From positions 746,001 through 810,000 of the forward strand of contig MU057781.1 in the NCBI GenBank assembly GCA_013265495.1: DNA of 64,000 nt, in the 5' to 3' direction. The translations under genes were made by a program, and so were the position numbers. Below, in pieces: positions 1 to 13,790 of the stretch (within the stretch, counting starts at the first letter, position 1; the number at the start of each line of letters is the position of its first letter). The DNA is from Vicugna vicugna. Lineage: Eukaryota. The notes below the pieces were generated by a model. It saw only the letters and a list, made by a program, of their open reading frames with translations. It had not been told where the DNA came from and made no database searches.

Positions 1-2760
1 GTCACTAAAATCTCCCCACAGAGAAAACTCCAGGCTTAGACGGCATCGCTGGTGAAAGCCAGCAGCTGTGTAATGGAGAAACAGCACCAACCCACATAAA
101 CTTCTTCAGAAAACGGAGGAGAGGGAACACTGCCAGCCCGTTTCATGGGGCTGGCCTACACCTGACACCAAAACCAGACAAGGCCACTACAAGAAAAGAA
201 AACCTAGACCAATATCCCTAACGAGCATCAATGCAGGAATCATGAAGTATTAGCACGCTGAGTCCAGCAGTATCTAAAGATGAACCGAAGGATGCAAGAC
301 TGGTGGACCGCCCAGAAGTCAGTCAGAGCGACTTACCACGCTGGCTAAATGAGGGCGGTCATCTCCCCAGGTACGGAAAAAGCATCTGACGAAATTCAAC
401 AACCATTAATGACTCAAAAACAAAAAAAAACTCTGCACAGGAGGAAGAGGAGACGTCCTCAATCTGAGAAGGCAATCTTTGAGAAAGCTCAGCTGACATT
501 ACACTTAATGGTGGAATATTGAACGCTTTCCCCCTAACAGCAGGAAAAAGGCAAGGCTGTCTGCCCCCACGGCCTCTATTCAACATTGGGCTGGAGGTCC
601 TAGACAGCATAAAAAAGCATGAAGTTGTAAAAAGGAAGAAGTAAACCTGTCTTTGCCCACAAATGACACAACAGTGGCGTAGAAAACCCTAGGAGGTCTA
701 CAATCAGAGACCAGAATAGGGTGATCAGCATGGTTTCAGGATACAGTCAGTACACAGCAACTTATTTTTTAGACCCATAAACAAGTAGGGATAAATGAAG
801 TGTGTGCAGCCCCTGCGCACTGAAAATCATGAAGCCGTGCTGACAGAAATTAAAGAAGACCAGAACAAACGGCATGACACGCCACGCTCCTGGACTGGAA
901 AACTCAGAAGGTAAAGAGATCCGTTCTTTTTGAATTGATCAGTAGTCTCGTGTGACCCCAATCAGTGTCTCAGCCAGCTCATTCTAGGAACTGACAAACT
1001 GGTTTTAAAATATATACAGGAAGGCAAAGAATCTAGAAGAGTCAAAACAATTCTGAAAATGAAGAACAAAGTTGGAGGGCAAACACGTTTGCTTCCAAGA
1101 CCGGCTATAAAACCAGGACAATCAATACAGTGTGGTTTTGGTGTAAAGTCAGACAGACAGGCCAATGGGACAGAAGAGAGTTCAGAAATAGACCCATGAT
1201 CATAAGTTCAACGGACTTTCAGGAAAGATGCTAAAGGACTTCAGTGGGGGACGGACGGTCATTTCAACAAGTGGTGCCGGATCAGACAGACACCATGTTG
1301 CAGAAGGAGGAGGGAGAGGGAGGAGGAGGAGGGATGGGGAGAGAACCTTGGCCCTTTCTATTTGTCAATACAAAAGTCAACGTGAAATGGAACATAAACA
1401 AAAATTAACAGCCGAAGCTATAAAAATTCTAGAAGAAAATAAAGGAAAAAAACCTTTGTGACCAAGAGTTAGGCAGATTTTCTAGAAAGTACACGAAAAG
1501 AACAAGCCATAAAGGAAGGACTGAGTCACCAAAATTAAAAACTTCTCCTTTTCCAGAATCACCACTAAGAACTGAAAGGAATGATGAGACGGGGGGCACT
1601 GCCCCTCCTCCCAAGCGGCAGCTCCAGTACATGACCAGATTGGCCAGAAAGGGGTACAGGAAAGGTCCTGGGGTGACAGAGATATTCCACACTTGAGTGC
1701 AGTGGTGGTGATCTGACTGTATACATTTGTCAAATCTCATTGAAACAAATCTTTAGAATTGATTAACTTTATTTTATGTAAATTATGCTTCAATAAAACT
1801 AATTTGAAAAATTTAACTGTATTTCTATGTACCAGCAGTAAGAAAATCTAAGAACAAAACTGTAAAAGTAATGCCACTTACCACAGCACCAAATAAACAT
1901 AAAATACTGGGGGAGCAAATTTAATAAAAAATGTACAAGACCTGCAATCCATTTCGGAGAGAAACTAAAGCAGACTTAAGTAAGTGGAGAGATATACCAT
2001 GTTCATGGATTGGAAGACTCAATATCATTAAGATGTCCATCCTCCCTAAAATTGATTTATGGATTTAATATAACCCCAACCAAAATCTTAGACTACGTTT
2101 TTGTAGACATTAGCAGGCTGATTCAAAATTTGTAAGGGAACACAAAGGACCTAAAATTGACAAAGCAAATTTGGAAAATGAGCAAGGTTGGATGATGTTC
2201 ACTACCTCACTTCAAGATTTACTATAAAAGCTACAAGAATAAAGATGGGGTGTCATCGGTATAAGGAAAGACAGAAAGAGATCCCCGAAACAAACTTACA
2301 CATACAGATCAACTGACTCCTGACAAAGATGCCAAAGTAACCCAGCAGAGACAGGGCGGTCTTCCCAGAGAATGGTGCTGAAGTAGATGCCACCCCACAC
2401 TCTGCACAGAAATTAATCTGAAGTTTATCCTAGACTTCAACTTGACTTGAGAGTGGATGGAAATTTCCTAGACAAGACCCAGAAATCACTAATCAGAACA
2501 GGGCACTGAGAGAATGAAGGGGAAAACCAGAGCCTGGGGGAAAGCGTTCACAGCACACACCCATCCGAGGACTGGGGTCCAGGGGTTTAGAGCTCTCCTG
2601 CAGCTCAGTATGAATGCCACACACTGCACAACGGGTGAGAGATGTGAGCTGTCACTTCACACGGTAACTGTGCAAATGGCCAGTCAGCAACTGGAAGTCG
2701 TCCAAGGCCTCATCACCAGGGAAACGCAGGTGCTCCCGACACCAAGGCTCCCCTTTGTTT
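1..2760 (+). mobile_element. Degenerate LINE-1 (L1M) ORF2/3' fragments, at least two elements
   Basis: A-rich plus strand with motifs like aaaactccaggcttagacggcatcgctggtgaa (KSPGPDGFTGE-like) and ccatgttcatggattggaagactcaatat (PCSWIGRLNI). An L1 3'-end-like tract lies at ~1700-1800. Confidence 0.85.
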
Positions 2761-5693
2761 ATTTAGTTCATCACTTTTAGAGATGCCCGTTGTCTGCTAA
2801 CACAGGAGGCAAACATTTTGGAGAATGGCAGAGTCCTCCACAGCCACCAGACATGGCCACGCCTGCTGGACAGAGCCTGCAGAGCCTCTGGAAAACCAGC
2901 CGGCCGCCCTGCGGCCAGAGGTGCCTACATCCCAGACCCCACGAGCACCCCTGGAACCCAGCAGAAAGAGCAGGGCTGAGCCACGTCTGTGCCCTGCACA
3001 CTCCAGAACAGCCCCTAAAGGGGACCAGCAAGTGTGACACTGGTCGGTCACAAAGCCCCCAGCTGGGGCTGGTCTCAGCACGTCTGCATCAACTCCTCCA
3101 TTTTCCCTCCTGTCCAATTTAGTCACACTCAACAAGCCTTTACTGAGAGCCGCTTACGTGCACGGCCCAGAGTGAGCACAAAGTGGAGTCCAGAGTGGGC
3201 ACAGCACGGCCCCGCCCTCGTGGCTTTCCTGGCGCTGGAGAGAGACCACATTTCAGCACAGGAGACCCCCTGGAGAAGGTGTCAGTGTATCGGCCTGGAT
3301 CCCACACCAGGGTTCTCACCCAGAGCCACCCACCCAGGACCAGCATACCCAGGACCACCCACCCTGGGCCGCCCCCCCAGGACCCCCAACACCCAGAAGG
3401 CCCAGGGGCAGAGGTACCACCAGTCACAGACCTGCTCCCCCCACCACCCTCTTCTGAGAAGGACCTACTCCTCTGCGGGAGCGCATCGCTGGTGCGTTGG
3501 CAAGATGAAAAGAGATGTGCTTAGAAGAGAGGGCACTGCTGATGGAAGTGTAATTAACAAGCCGTCTGCACCTTTCAATTAACACAGGCAGCACACGAGC
3601 AACCCTGTGGTCTCTGGAGTGTCGCTTTTTTTTCTTTTTAATTAAAAGCAATTTGAGTTCCTTCTATAAAGGTTTCTGGAGATTCCACCGGACACATCCA
3701 CTAGGTCCGAGGCGAGGACCACCCCGCCTGGCTCCAGGTGACCACTGTCCCCTCTGCTTTCTCAGCCCACGATGCTCTCCCTCCTCGGCTGCACCCATGG
3801 GGCCCGAGGACCTGTGTCACCTCTGGGAGAGGCTGGGCGGACAAGTCCCCACCCGCAGGAGTAATAAGCCCCAAGTCAAGCTGTGCTGAACAACCTCACC
3901 CCCCGCCTGCGGCATAGTTCCTGACCCACCCTGGGGGTTCTGACCTCACCTGCAGCTCGGCACGGAGACTCCGGCCTGCACAGCTGGTGGGTGCAGCCGG
4001 CACAGGCCCCAGGCCCGCCTGTGTGCACAAGGCGGCCATTCCTAACCCCCCGCCCCAGTGAGCTGAACGCCGGCAGCAGGAGGCACTCGGGACTCCACGG
4101 CCCTCCCACCCCAGCAGAGAAGGGCGCAGGGGGCAGAGCCCATGCACGGGGTCGACCGCTGGCCTTGCCTCCCCAGCCATATCCTGGGCCTCTCTCAAGA
4201 TCCAAGGCTTCCCCTGCAGGGGCCCACGGAGGACTGCAGAGACAGAACCACTGCGGGGCCTCAGCGGCTCCAGCTGCTGCTTCAAGATGCAGGAGTGAGA
4301 ACAGGCAGGGGCAGCAGCCCAAGGGGCAGCCCCACCCTGCCCGGGGCTCCCCGCACCTCCTCGGGGGGCAGCACGTGGAAGCCCAGCCACGGCGGGTGCA
4401 CCCCAGACACACACACACACGCCTGTGTCACCTGCACATGCAGGTCAGCCCCAGACCCCTAGGTGAGCCCGGGTGCCCTGAGAGCACTCAACCAGGCCCT
4501 GGAGTTGGTGACACCAGCCGAGACAGGATAGCCTGTGGCTCCCGGTGCAGGGGCCCTGGGGGGACCTGGGTCCCAGGCCGAATGCTGACAGCCACAGGAG
4601 GCCAATGCTTCTCTGAGCCTCTTTGGTCCCGACAGCATCTTTCTGGCCGAGAAACCTTGGCCCGACTGTCCAAAGGGCCAGGGGCTTCTGCTGCCCAGGG
4701 AGGTGGGGTCGCCTTCTGCGTGGTCTCCCAGTGCCAGCCAGGGCCCTTCCCACCGACACAGAAAGCACTGCTGAAGGAACGGTGAGCCCCGAGGCCTTGA
4801 TTCGGCTGGACAGCCTCGCTGTCCGGGAGTCAGGGCCCTCGGAGCCTCTCCCTGAGGCATGTTTCTGCGCTCCCTGCACAGGCCCTTCAGAAGGTCCTCG
4901 CCCACAGCCCTCCATGTCCCCTCACCCCTGTTCTCCGGGCCCTGCCCTGTCCAGGTGGGGCCGAGTCACTTGGGCCACGAGAGGGACCTAGGAGATAAAA
5001 CCCTGCCCCGTGGGATATTCCGTCTGGGGCCAGGGGCTGAGACGTGACAGATATCACAAGTGGCACAGAATGCAGTCACGGGGTAAGTGCCCAGAGAGGC
5101 AAAGCAGGCGGGGGCTGGCGGGCCTGCAGGCCCAGTTTTAAAGCAGGCCTCCCAGGAAAAGGCAGCACAAAGGCTTGAGGGAGACGTGGTGGTTGGTGCT
5201 CGGGCCGCATCACTGTACCACCCTGCTGCCCAGGCCCGGGGGTGGCCCTGCTGGCCTCTGGGGGGCGGGCCGTGTAATGCCCCAGGCAGGGACTGTGGGC
5301 AGATGCTCCTGGGCCTCCAGGCCAGAGTGCCGCTTGAACACTGAGGCCTCCAGTCTGGCTCCACCCTGGGGCCACACTTCATGTGGGCCAGTGGGTCGTG
5401 GATGAGCCCCTGGTGCCCCAAGATGGAAGGAGCCAGAGAGGGAGTGAGGCCTTGCCCTCCTGAACCTGGGAGAGGATGCTGCTGCAGTGAGCAGGGCCCA
5501 CGGTCACACAGACAGATGCCAGTGGCGGAGCTGGGCAGCTCAGGGCCGAGGGAGGAGACCGTGCACGCCTTGTGGAGGGCCACCCAGGTGCTGGGAGGTG
5601 GGCACAGCCAGACACTTAGGTAGAAAGCATCACTCTAGCCTCCTGGCAGAGAATATGAGGAAGCCTCTTGAGGATGCGCTGCTCAGAGCCCAT

Positions 5694-5808
5694 GGAGGGG
5701 AGGGGACACGGGAGCTCAGGGCCCGTGGAGGGGAGGGGACACGGGAGCTCAGGGGCCGTGGAGGGGAGGGGACATGGAGAGGCCAGGGCATGTGGAGGGG
5801 AGGGGACA
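5694..5808 (+). repeat. G-rich 33-bp minisatellite, ~3.5 copies
   Basis: Unit ggaggggaggggacacgggagctcagggcccgt starts at 5694, 5727, 5760 and 5794. Confidence 0.9.
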
Positions 5809-5809
5809 A

Positions 5810-6400
5810 AAAGTAGAAGAGGGTGCCATAGAGGAGTCAAAAGGCAGCTGGAAGGGTGAGGTCATGAGGCAGCCAACTGCAGGATGCAGGTGGAGGGGCT
5901 GGAACTTGATTTTGAATGTCCTAAATGTGACACGTCTGAGAGACACTGGAGTCAGAGACTGTACAGAAAAGTCTGGGATGGGGGAGGCAGGTCAGGGCTG
6001 GAGATATCAACTTGGGAGTCTTCGGCACGCAGATGGCGTCTGAAACCCTACGACTGTCTGCGTGACTAAAGCAGAAAGGATAGGAGAGGGCAGGAGCCCC
6101 CGGTGCTCCAGCGTCACAGCAAGGGGAGAGCAGGAGGGTCCGCAGAGGGGCAGAGAAGTGCGCATCCTGGAAGCCCCGCGAGAGGGAAACTGGAGGGGTC
6201 CAGAGACACGTTCTGCCGAGGGTCCGGGCCGAGCAGGTAAGAACTCAGCTTGGCCACGTGGAGAGACCTGCACAAGACCTCTGGGGCCGAGCTCTGGTGA
6301 GGCTGGAGGGCAGGACTGGGGACAGCGAGGACAAGGTGCTCTCAAGGAGTTCTGCTGAAAACGTGGAGAAAGCAACAGGGACGCAGAGTCAGGTAGAGCT
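5810..6400. mobile_element. LINE-2 fragment
   Basis: gggctggagatatcaacttgggagtc...agatggcgtctgaaacc resembles the L2 consensus. Confidence 0.55.
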
Positions 6401-7099
6401 TCCTCAGCACAGGGAGCACAAGCAGGCTGCTTATTCTCTGAACACCTGGCGCCACGCTCCACCTGGCGACTCAGAAACGCATAGTCCACTCCCTCGGGAG
6501 CCCGCGATGTGACGAGTCCACAGGTACGAAACGTGAATTTCGCACCATGCACAGCTCAGGCTCAGCCCTGGAGCCCAGGAGCCTGGACCCGCAGGCTGCG
6601 GTCCTCCCGTCCAGAGCCGGGACCTTCCTTGGACAGCTCGTCCCCAGGCCCCTGCCCGCACCCCCCCACCACCACCAGAGGCCTCCTGCAGGGCCTGAGG
6701 CCTGGACGGAAACAGTCCTGGCCCTAGTCCGGTGGAGGGGCCTGGGGCAGGCTGGGACACGGGGCAGGGAGGGCCATGGGGCAGGCGCCTGGCCTGGGGA
6801 GACTTCCTGGAGGTCAAGATTCCAGGCCTGAGGAGGAAATGGGCATGGGGGACACATGGCAGACACACTGGGGAGACACAGTGGGGCACAGGAGACAGGA
6901 GAAATGGCTTGGATGCGCAGTTACGCGCAGTCTGGGGCCAACAGAGAAGAGCCTGCAGCCCAGGAACCCGGGTTCCCAGATCCAGGGCTGCACGGTTCTC
7001 CCTTCAGAGCACAGGCCCTGCGGCACCCGCGTCCCCTGAAGCATAACTTCCAGGTGGGGGTGGGGGGCTGGGCACTGGTGGGGCTTTTTAATATGCTTG

Positions 7100-7600
7100 T
7101 AAACTTTTGATTAGAGTAGAGCACACATGCAGAAAAAGTGCACATAGAACGAGTGTCCAGCTTGAGTAACTTTTACAGAGTGGACACACCAGGTAGTCGG
7201 CAGAGTCAGGAGACAGCGTTCCCAAGGCCCTCGAGGCCTCACGCCCCAGCCCAGGTGACACAGGCTTGACACCTGGTGGCACAGATCAGCACTTTGTGCT
7301 CCTCATACAGAATCAGTACCTGGACCTCTCGCTCCCTCCGCCGTGTGCTAGGAGGCGCACCGGGCTGGGTGAAGCCACAGGGTGTTCACCCGCCACACAG
7401 AGCAATGCCCTCCAGGAAGACGCGCGAATTCGCTTGTCCCGGGGATGCTGTGGACGCTTGGTCTGGTTCCAGCTGCTGGCAGTTACACACAGTGCCGTGT
7501 GGACTCCCGGCGGTGTCTCTGAGTGCACGTTTGGTGGGGGCTACACCTAGGAATGCAACCCTGGGCTCTAGGTGTCAATGTCCCGAGCCAAGACCACCGG
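7100..7600 (-). mobile_element. Old L1M (L1ME-like) 3' end
   Basis: acacatgcagaaaaagtgcaca...cagcttgagtaacttttacagagtggacacacc is typical of an antisense L1ME/L1MB 3' UTR. Confidence 0.65.
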
Positions 7601-8771
7601 AAACAGCATGAGGCTGAGCACACTGTGTACACTCGTCGCAACGAGGGAGAACAGGAGGTCTCAGGGAGTCTGGGTTTGGGCGCCTGTCATGGCATCACAA
7701 AGGCTCAGGCCGCAGGACCCCACGCAGTCAGGAGGCTGGGGCAACTGTACGATGGGCACCTTCCCCCAACCCCTGCCGCCAGGGAGGCTGGAAGGGTGAA
7801 GAGTCTAGAGCTGCGACTGCAAGCCCAGCGGGCAGGACGGGGGTCTGGTCACTTGGGCCTGGACAGTGGTGGTGTCTGTCCGTGCTCAGGCGGGATGATG
7901 GAGGGTCTTGTGTTTGTCCTGGCCCATCACGGTCAGAGGGGCTTGGCCTCTGTGAAATCGCTCATGTGCAACAAGAGACTGCCGGGGCCGGAAGCGAGGG
8001 CCAGGCCAGCTCCTGGATGCCAGGGGCTGCTACGCTCTCTTCCAGGGCTCGGCTGTGCGCCGGGCCGTCTCCCCACGGTGGTGTGTGCACACTCCCCCTG
8101 CTGGCTGGGAACAGGGCAGGTGCACGGAAGTACATGCAGCTAAGGGAAGAGACTAGGAGCAGTGGAGCTTTAAGCCAGGAGTGGCGCGGTCAGCCTGTGC
8201 TTTAAAGGGCCATCCTCCCCAGCAGCGGCGAGCACACCCACACCCAGATCTTGGTGTCTAACACCTTCCCCAACTGAAAGACCAATGGACCAATGGGCTC
8301 CTTGGAGAACTGGCCGACTCTAGGTTGGGAGCGGGTGGTTCACACGACGACCCTGAAGCGTCCTCTAGCCCCAGAAATAAGGAAGTGCCCAGAAGGAGGC
8401 AAAAACAGAACAGTGAGGGCAGCACGCCACAGGACACAGGGGCCCGCGGAAGAGCTCCTGAAGGCCAAAGCTGGGCCATCTGAGCACAAAACAAACTAAT
8501 ACCATACAGTAGGACTGGACTGTAATGCAAAGTATAAAACAAACATCCATGAGCCACGTAGGTTTAAACAAACGACTGAATAACAAAATGAATGGGAAGA
8601 ACACAAAAATCTTCTGTGCAGAAGTAATTTTATGTAGACACCTCCCCCCAAGGGGGGCGGCCCTTGGGCCCCACCCCACAAAGTGCGGGCCCTGCAGCCA
8701 CTTCCTTCCGAAGAGCACAGTGTGGATGGGGGCAAAGAGTCACTTGACGGTGGAGACACCTGACACAAGCC

Positions 8772-8850
8772 GAGCCATGTGGCCACGGTCAGCCCCAGCG
8801 TGACGGGTTGGCCTGAGCCGCGTGGCCACGGTCAGCCCCAGCGTGACGGG
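8772..8850 (+). repeat. Tandem duplication, period 43 bp
   Basis: gtggccacggtcagccccagcgtgacggg occurs exactly twice (8779 and 8822). Confidence 0.9.
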
Positions 8851-9182
8851 CCATGTCGAGAGGATGTGCCCCCAAAATGGCGTGATGATTAGGACACTTT
8901 CCTGTGGTCTTCCCCTCAAAGACCCGTGACCCAAGTCTACCCACTAGGAAAACGTCACACAAATCCCAGCTGAAGGATATTCTACAGAATTCCTGAGCAG
9001 TCATCCTCCAAACGGCCAAGGTCATCAGAACAAGGAAAGACTGAGAAACCGTCACAGTTCAGGGAGCCTAAGGACAGACGACAGTGCCCCTGGGACCCTG
9101 AATGGGGCCTGGAACACGGAGAGGACACTGAGCAGAAACAAAGGAGATCGGAACAAACCGTGGACCTCAGTTACCGAGAGTC

Positions 9183-9656
9183 GTGACGCCTGATCTCACG
9201 TGTCACGCTGCCTGGCCACGGGCGCCCAGATTGAGCAGCGATCCGGGTGCCCCTCCCTGTGGGGGTGTTTGCAGACGGGATCGGCCGTGGAAGCAGTGGA
9301 CTCGGCAGAGTAGACGGCCCTCCCTGATGTGGGTTCTCCCTGATGCGGGTGCTCTGCTGTCTGAGCAGAACGGCTGCCGGAGGAAGGAGGAGGGCCCCTT
9401 TCCCGCCGCCGGCGGAGCCGGGACCCTCACCCCATCCTCTCCTGTCCTCGGGCTGGGAACCACTCTACAGGCTCCCCCCGGCCTCCAGCTTGCACATGGC
9501 AGGTTGTGGGACTTCTTGGCTTTGTCACAGCCTGATGCAACTCCTCAATAAATCTCCTCATATACATGAATGTAAGCGTGTGTGTAAGCACACGCACACG
9601 CACACACACACAATTATTCTACTGCTACGTTCGTCTGGAGAAGCCCGCCCGGGACA
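9183..9656 (+). mobile_element. MLT2 (ERVL) solo LTR
   Basis: MLT2-like start, AATAAA followed by a (TG)/(CA) tract, and degenerate terminus ctggagaagcccgcccgggaca. Confidence 0.65.
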
Positions 9657-9984
9657 ATAACGTGGCACTGCTGGGCCGCTGGTTACGACAAATGGACCTG
9701 CCGCTGCACCTACTGTGTCGTCAGACGGGCGACATCAGCGTTCGGGGACACCAGGTGCGGGGCACGTGCCCACCTTCACAACTTCTCTGTACATCGAAAA
9801 TATTCTAAATAAAGTCCACTTTCAAAAAGGGTTTTCAAGTAGTATGTACTTTGCATTCCAGCACGGACCGGAAGGCGATACGGAGGACTGCGGCGACATT
9901 CGCGCTGAGGTTACACAAGACTCTGACTTTGGTTTTTTTTTTTCGATCTTGATAATTTTTCTTTCTTTTTCTGTTTGCAATACC

Positions 9985-10265
9985 TTTTGTTTATTTAATT
10001 TTCAAACATTTTTCATTGCGTTATAGTCAACTTACAACGCTGTGTCAGATTCCAGTGTAGAGCACAATTTTTTCAGTTGTACGTGAACATACATATACTC
10101 ATCGTCACATTCTTTTTCGCTGTGAGCTGCCACAAGATCTTGTATATACGGTATAATCTTCTTTATCTATTCCTGCATATGCCTGTCAGTACCTACAAAT
10201 TTTGAACTCCCAGCCTGTCCCTTCCCACCCCCTGCCCCCTTGGCAACCACAAGTTTGTAGTCTAC
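9985..10265 (-). mobile_element. Lineage-specific L1 3' end (5' truncated)
   Basis: T-rich tail followed by cattgcgttatagtcaacttacaacgctgtgtcagattccagtgtagagc...ggcaaccacaagtttgt. Confidence 0.7.
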
Positions 10266-11204
10266 ATAAGACTGATTTTATTAATATTTTCCTTGTCCCT
10301 TCTCATTCTGTAATAAAGAGCTACAAAGGGAAAAAGATCGTCCAGCCCAGTGTCCGGAGCTAGACGGGCAGCCGTGTAATCTGTCACCCTAACTGGGACA
10401 CGTCTAGGACTGGTGGGGACACTTAATCTTGCCAGTCACCAGGGGAGAGCGAGGAGTCCGGCGCCAGGAGGTGCAGCATCGCGGACACAGGGGCTGCGGG
10501 CTCCGCCCGCTCTGATTCCCAGAGCAACAGTGACCCCGGGAAGGAGCCCCAGGGCAGCAGGGAGGCTGGAGTTGACCCCGCACTCCCCTCCCCCCACCAG
10601 TTACTCCTCTGACGGTTCTCTCCCCAGGAGAAGGCACAGGGTCTGCCCCAGGCCCAGGCCCGGGGTGTCAACTGAGCCCCTTCTTGTCTGTGGGCTCTGG
10701 GGAAGGGCCTGGGGACCCACCCTCCACCAGAGCCACCCTGGGGGCCCCAGCCGCCTCCCCCCTCTTCTCCGCCCTGGCTCCCGCTGTCCCAGCACCCAGC
10801 AGGCCCTCCACGAGCAGAGCCAGCCAGCCCAGGCACAGGAGGGCCATGCCAGGGCACCGGGCCGACCCCCTTTCTTCAGCACGATTTTCACCCCCTCCCT
10901 TTTCTTCAAATCTTCCCTCCTTCCTTCCCTCTGTCTTATCTTTCTCTTTCCCCTTCTCGGTCTCAGGCAACTCTGCCAATTATCCTTTCTGCTCCAGGAG
11001 CTAAAATGCAATTTCAGGAACACAAGATGATCCTGACACAAAGAATAAAAGAAACAAGAAAAGAACTGGTGACCATGCAAAGGAATGTGACCCCAGGACA
11101 GCTCCAGGCAGCTTCCAGGGTGCAGCTCGGGCCCTGGGGCTGAGCCCCTCCCGAGTCACCAAGCCTGAAACCAGGAGATGATCAGACTGCTTAAGGCCAC
11201 TGCG

Positions 11205-11738
11205 TTTTTGTTTTTTAACTGAATTAGAGTGGGTTCACAATGTTGTGCTAGTTTCCGGTGTACACACAATGATTCAGTTACACACGTGTATGTATTCTTA
11301 TCATATTCTTTTTCATTATAGGTTATTGCAAGGTACTGAACACAGTTCCCTGTGCAGTAGGACCTTGTTGTACACCTATTTCATATGCATTAGTTGGCAT
11401 CTAATAAGTCCATACTCCCTATTTATCCCCTCCCCCCTTTCCTCTTTGGTAACCATAAGTTTGTTTTCTATGTCTGTGAGTCTCTTTCTGTTTCTGTAAA
11501 TAAGTTCATTTGTGTCATCTTTTTAGGTTACACATATAAGTGATATTATATGGTATTTTCCTTTCTCTGTCTGACTTACTTCCCTTAGTATAATAACCTC
11601 CAGGTCCATCCATGTTGCTGCAAATGGCTTTATTTCATTCTTTTTTGTGGCTGAGTAATAGTCCATTGTATCAATATACCACAACTTCTTTATCCAGTCA
11701 TCTGTTGATGGACATTTAAGCTGCTTCCGTGTCTTGCA
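11205..11738 (-). mobile_element. L1 3' end (ORF2 C-terminus + 3' UTR) inserted in an MLT1-like LTR
   Basis: Minus ORF gives QLKCPSTDDWIKKLWYIDTMDYYSATKKNEIKPFAATWMDLEVIILREVSQ. Flanks aaggccactgcgtttttg / aagctgctgtgttttg look like a degenerate TSD. Confidence 0.9.
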
Positions 11739-13629
11739 AGCTGCTGTGTTTTGAGGTCTTAAGCAGGTGTTAGAACTAAGACAGCAGCCGACAGCAGGAA
11801 TGGAGACCCCCAAGGACAGGGCTCCTGGTGAGCCTCCACCAGCCGCCAGCCCTCCAAACCGTCACAAGGCACCGTGAACCAGGATGCCATCACACACGTT
11901 CCACCTGGAGCAGGGGACCCATCTCCACTGGGACCTGTCCAAATTCCCAGCCCATAGAATCAGGAGAAATAATAAAAATGCTTGTCGTGGAGACATCAAG
12001 TTTGAGGCAGTCTATTTCCAGCAATAAATACGAACAAACGGTGCCCAGTTTGAGCGACACGGAATCAGGACCCTGCTCCCTGCCTCCAGACCCAGGTGCC
12101 CCAGGGAATGCGGCTCCCGGGCAGACGCGGCGACTGACAGAGGACACAGGCGGCCAGGACAGAGAAGCGAGCACCAGACCTGGGCAGACCCTGCCTTGCT
12201 GCGCAGTGTAGTGGACCAGGAAAAGCAAATGGCATCTTTAGAGAGGCCCAAACGTCCACGCCAGGCCTGCGGAACTCAGTCATCACAAACACGGAGCTGC
12301 TTTATCTCCCGATTTTGTAACAAGCCTGCCAGCGCCCAGGACGTGAGAGCAGAGACCTTTCTAAGTCAACGCTTAATCACTGTGAGAAACTGAATGTGCT
12401 CAGCTCCTATTTTTAATGAATTGGGGGCGACACTGACTCCTACCACACCATCTCCTTGGCTTCAGAACTTAAATAACTCCAAGCCGGGTTTGCATGGCAC
12501 CAGCTGGGGTCGGGCCGGCTCTGGCCACGTGCTAGAGACCACCATGGGCCCGAGTCCCATCTGGGGAAATGGAGGGCGGGCAGCAGTGACCGTCTCGGGG
12601 CTCTCGGGGCTGGACGGTGCCACACTGATCTCACCTTGATTTTTAAATAAGAGATTTCAGGTTGATGAGCAGAACACTGTTTGATGAAGCCAGCATCCCG
12701 GGTTTTTTAATGACAATTACTGTATTAATTACAGCTTCTCCCAAATTGTCTCATGTTCTGATCATTAAAATCATTCAGGATGCTGGACCCAGCCAGGGTC
12801 TGGGGAAGAGAAGAGCCCAGCATGTCTCTGGGCGGGAAGGAGGCCCCCAGGGAGGAAGAGGGCTGACCACCCTGCAGACAGGGCCCGGGGCTGGAGAAGG
12901 CGCACACAGCTGGCGGGAACGGCTGGAAAAGCAAAGTCCAGAATTTGTCGGAAAATCGTCAGCCAGTAAGAATGGTTACCAAAGCCTCACTTCTGTCTCC
13001 CGTCACGCAGAGACAGCAGAGGGAGGCAGGTGCCAAGAAGCACACAGTTCAACGTGTTTTTCTAACGAGGAAGGAAAATCTGACTGGGAGGGAACAGCAA
13101 CACCAGGCCCTGCACACAGAACCCCTGGGTCCGGGGAGGCCTCGAGCACCCGTGGCCTGTCCCCCCGGGCGGGGCTGCACGTTCAGGGTGGGGGCTCTGG
13201 GACAGGAGGACACAGCGACCCAGAGGGGGCATCTGCGCAGCCCTCAGCAACCTGCCCCCGCCATGCCAGGGAGTCAGACTCACGGCGGAGGAAGAAGTCC
13301 AGGCTGCAGTGCCAGGTGAAAACGCAGGACACAAGACGCTACCTGTACTTCTGGTGCCCGTGTCACCTGTCACACGGCCGAGAAAAAGGACACGGAAAGA
13401 AAAACACAGTGAGAGAGGAGCCTCTGCAGGAGGGGCTGGCCTGTCTCCTCATGACACACAAAGTAAGCGTGGAACCTCCCGCCCACCCCCATCGCCCAGC
13501 GGAGCATGGGGCAGGTGCAGCCCTTCTGCTCCGCATCCATCGGGGCCAGGGCACAGGGTCCAAGCTCCGTGAGCTTCTGCCTCACTCAGCGATTCCACCT
13601 GCTGGGTCCTCACGAAGCCCTCGCCACCC

Positions 13630-13790
13630 ACAGTGGGCCTCCCTGCACCCAGCAGGTCTGGGGGCCAGAGGTAACTACAGACCCTCACAACCGCCCCAAC
13701 CCCTGCCCGAGACCCACTGAATCAGAATCTGCATTTCCACAAGGTCCCTAGGGGGCTGGGGGGGGGGCCTGACAGTTTGGGAAGCTTCTC
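13630..13790. mobile_element. MER5-like hAT-Charlie DNA transposon remnant
   Basis: gagacccactgaatcagaatctgcatttccacaaggtccctagg. Confidence 0.6.

Larger units (their letters stand above)
8258..9830 (+). mobile_element. L1MC-like 3' UTR, interrupted by an MLT2 LTR
   Basis: aaggatattctacagaattcctgagcagtcatcctccaaacggccaaggtcatcagaacaaggaaagactgagaaaccgtcacag, with terminal cacaacttctctgtacatcgaaaatattctaaataaa. Confidence 0.75.

Noticed and set aside
3876..4991. Dense overlapping ORFs of 120-264 aa on both strands
   Set aside because: GC-rich intron sequence with low stop frequency; no homology or consistent exon structure.
5694..8850. Direct repeats (33-bp and 43-bp period) as a CRISPR-like array
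   Set aside because: Tandem copies without unique spacers, no cas genes, mammalian context.
12662..13720. 352-aa plus-strand ORF
   Set aside because: Antisense within STK32C intron 1, no recognisable domain, runs into a MER5-like remnant; expected by chance in GC-rich DNA.
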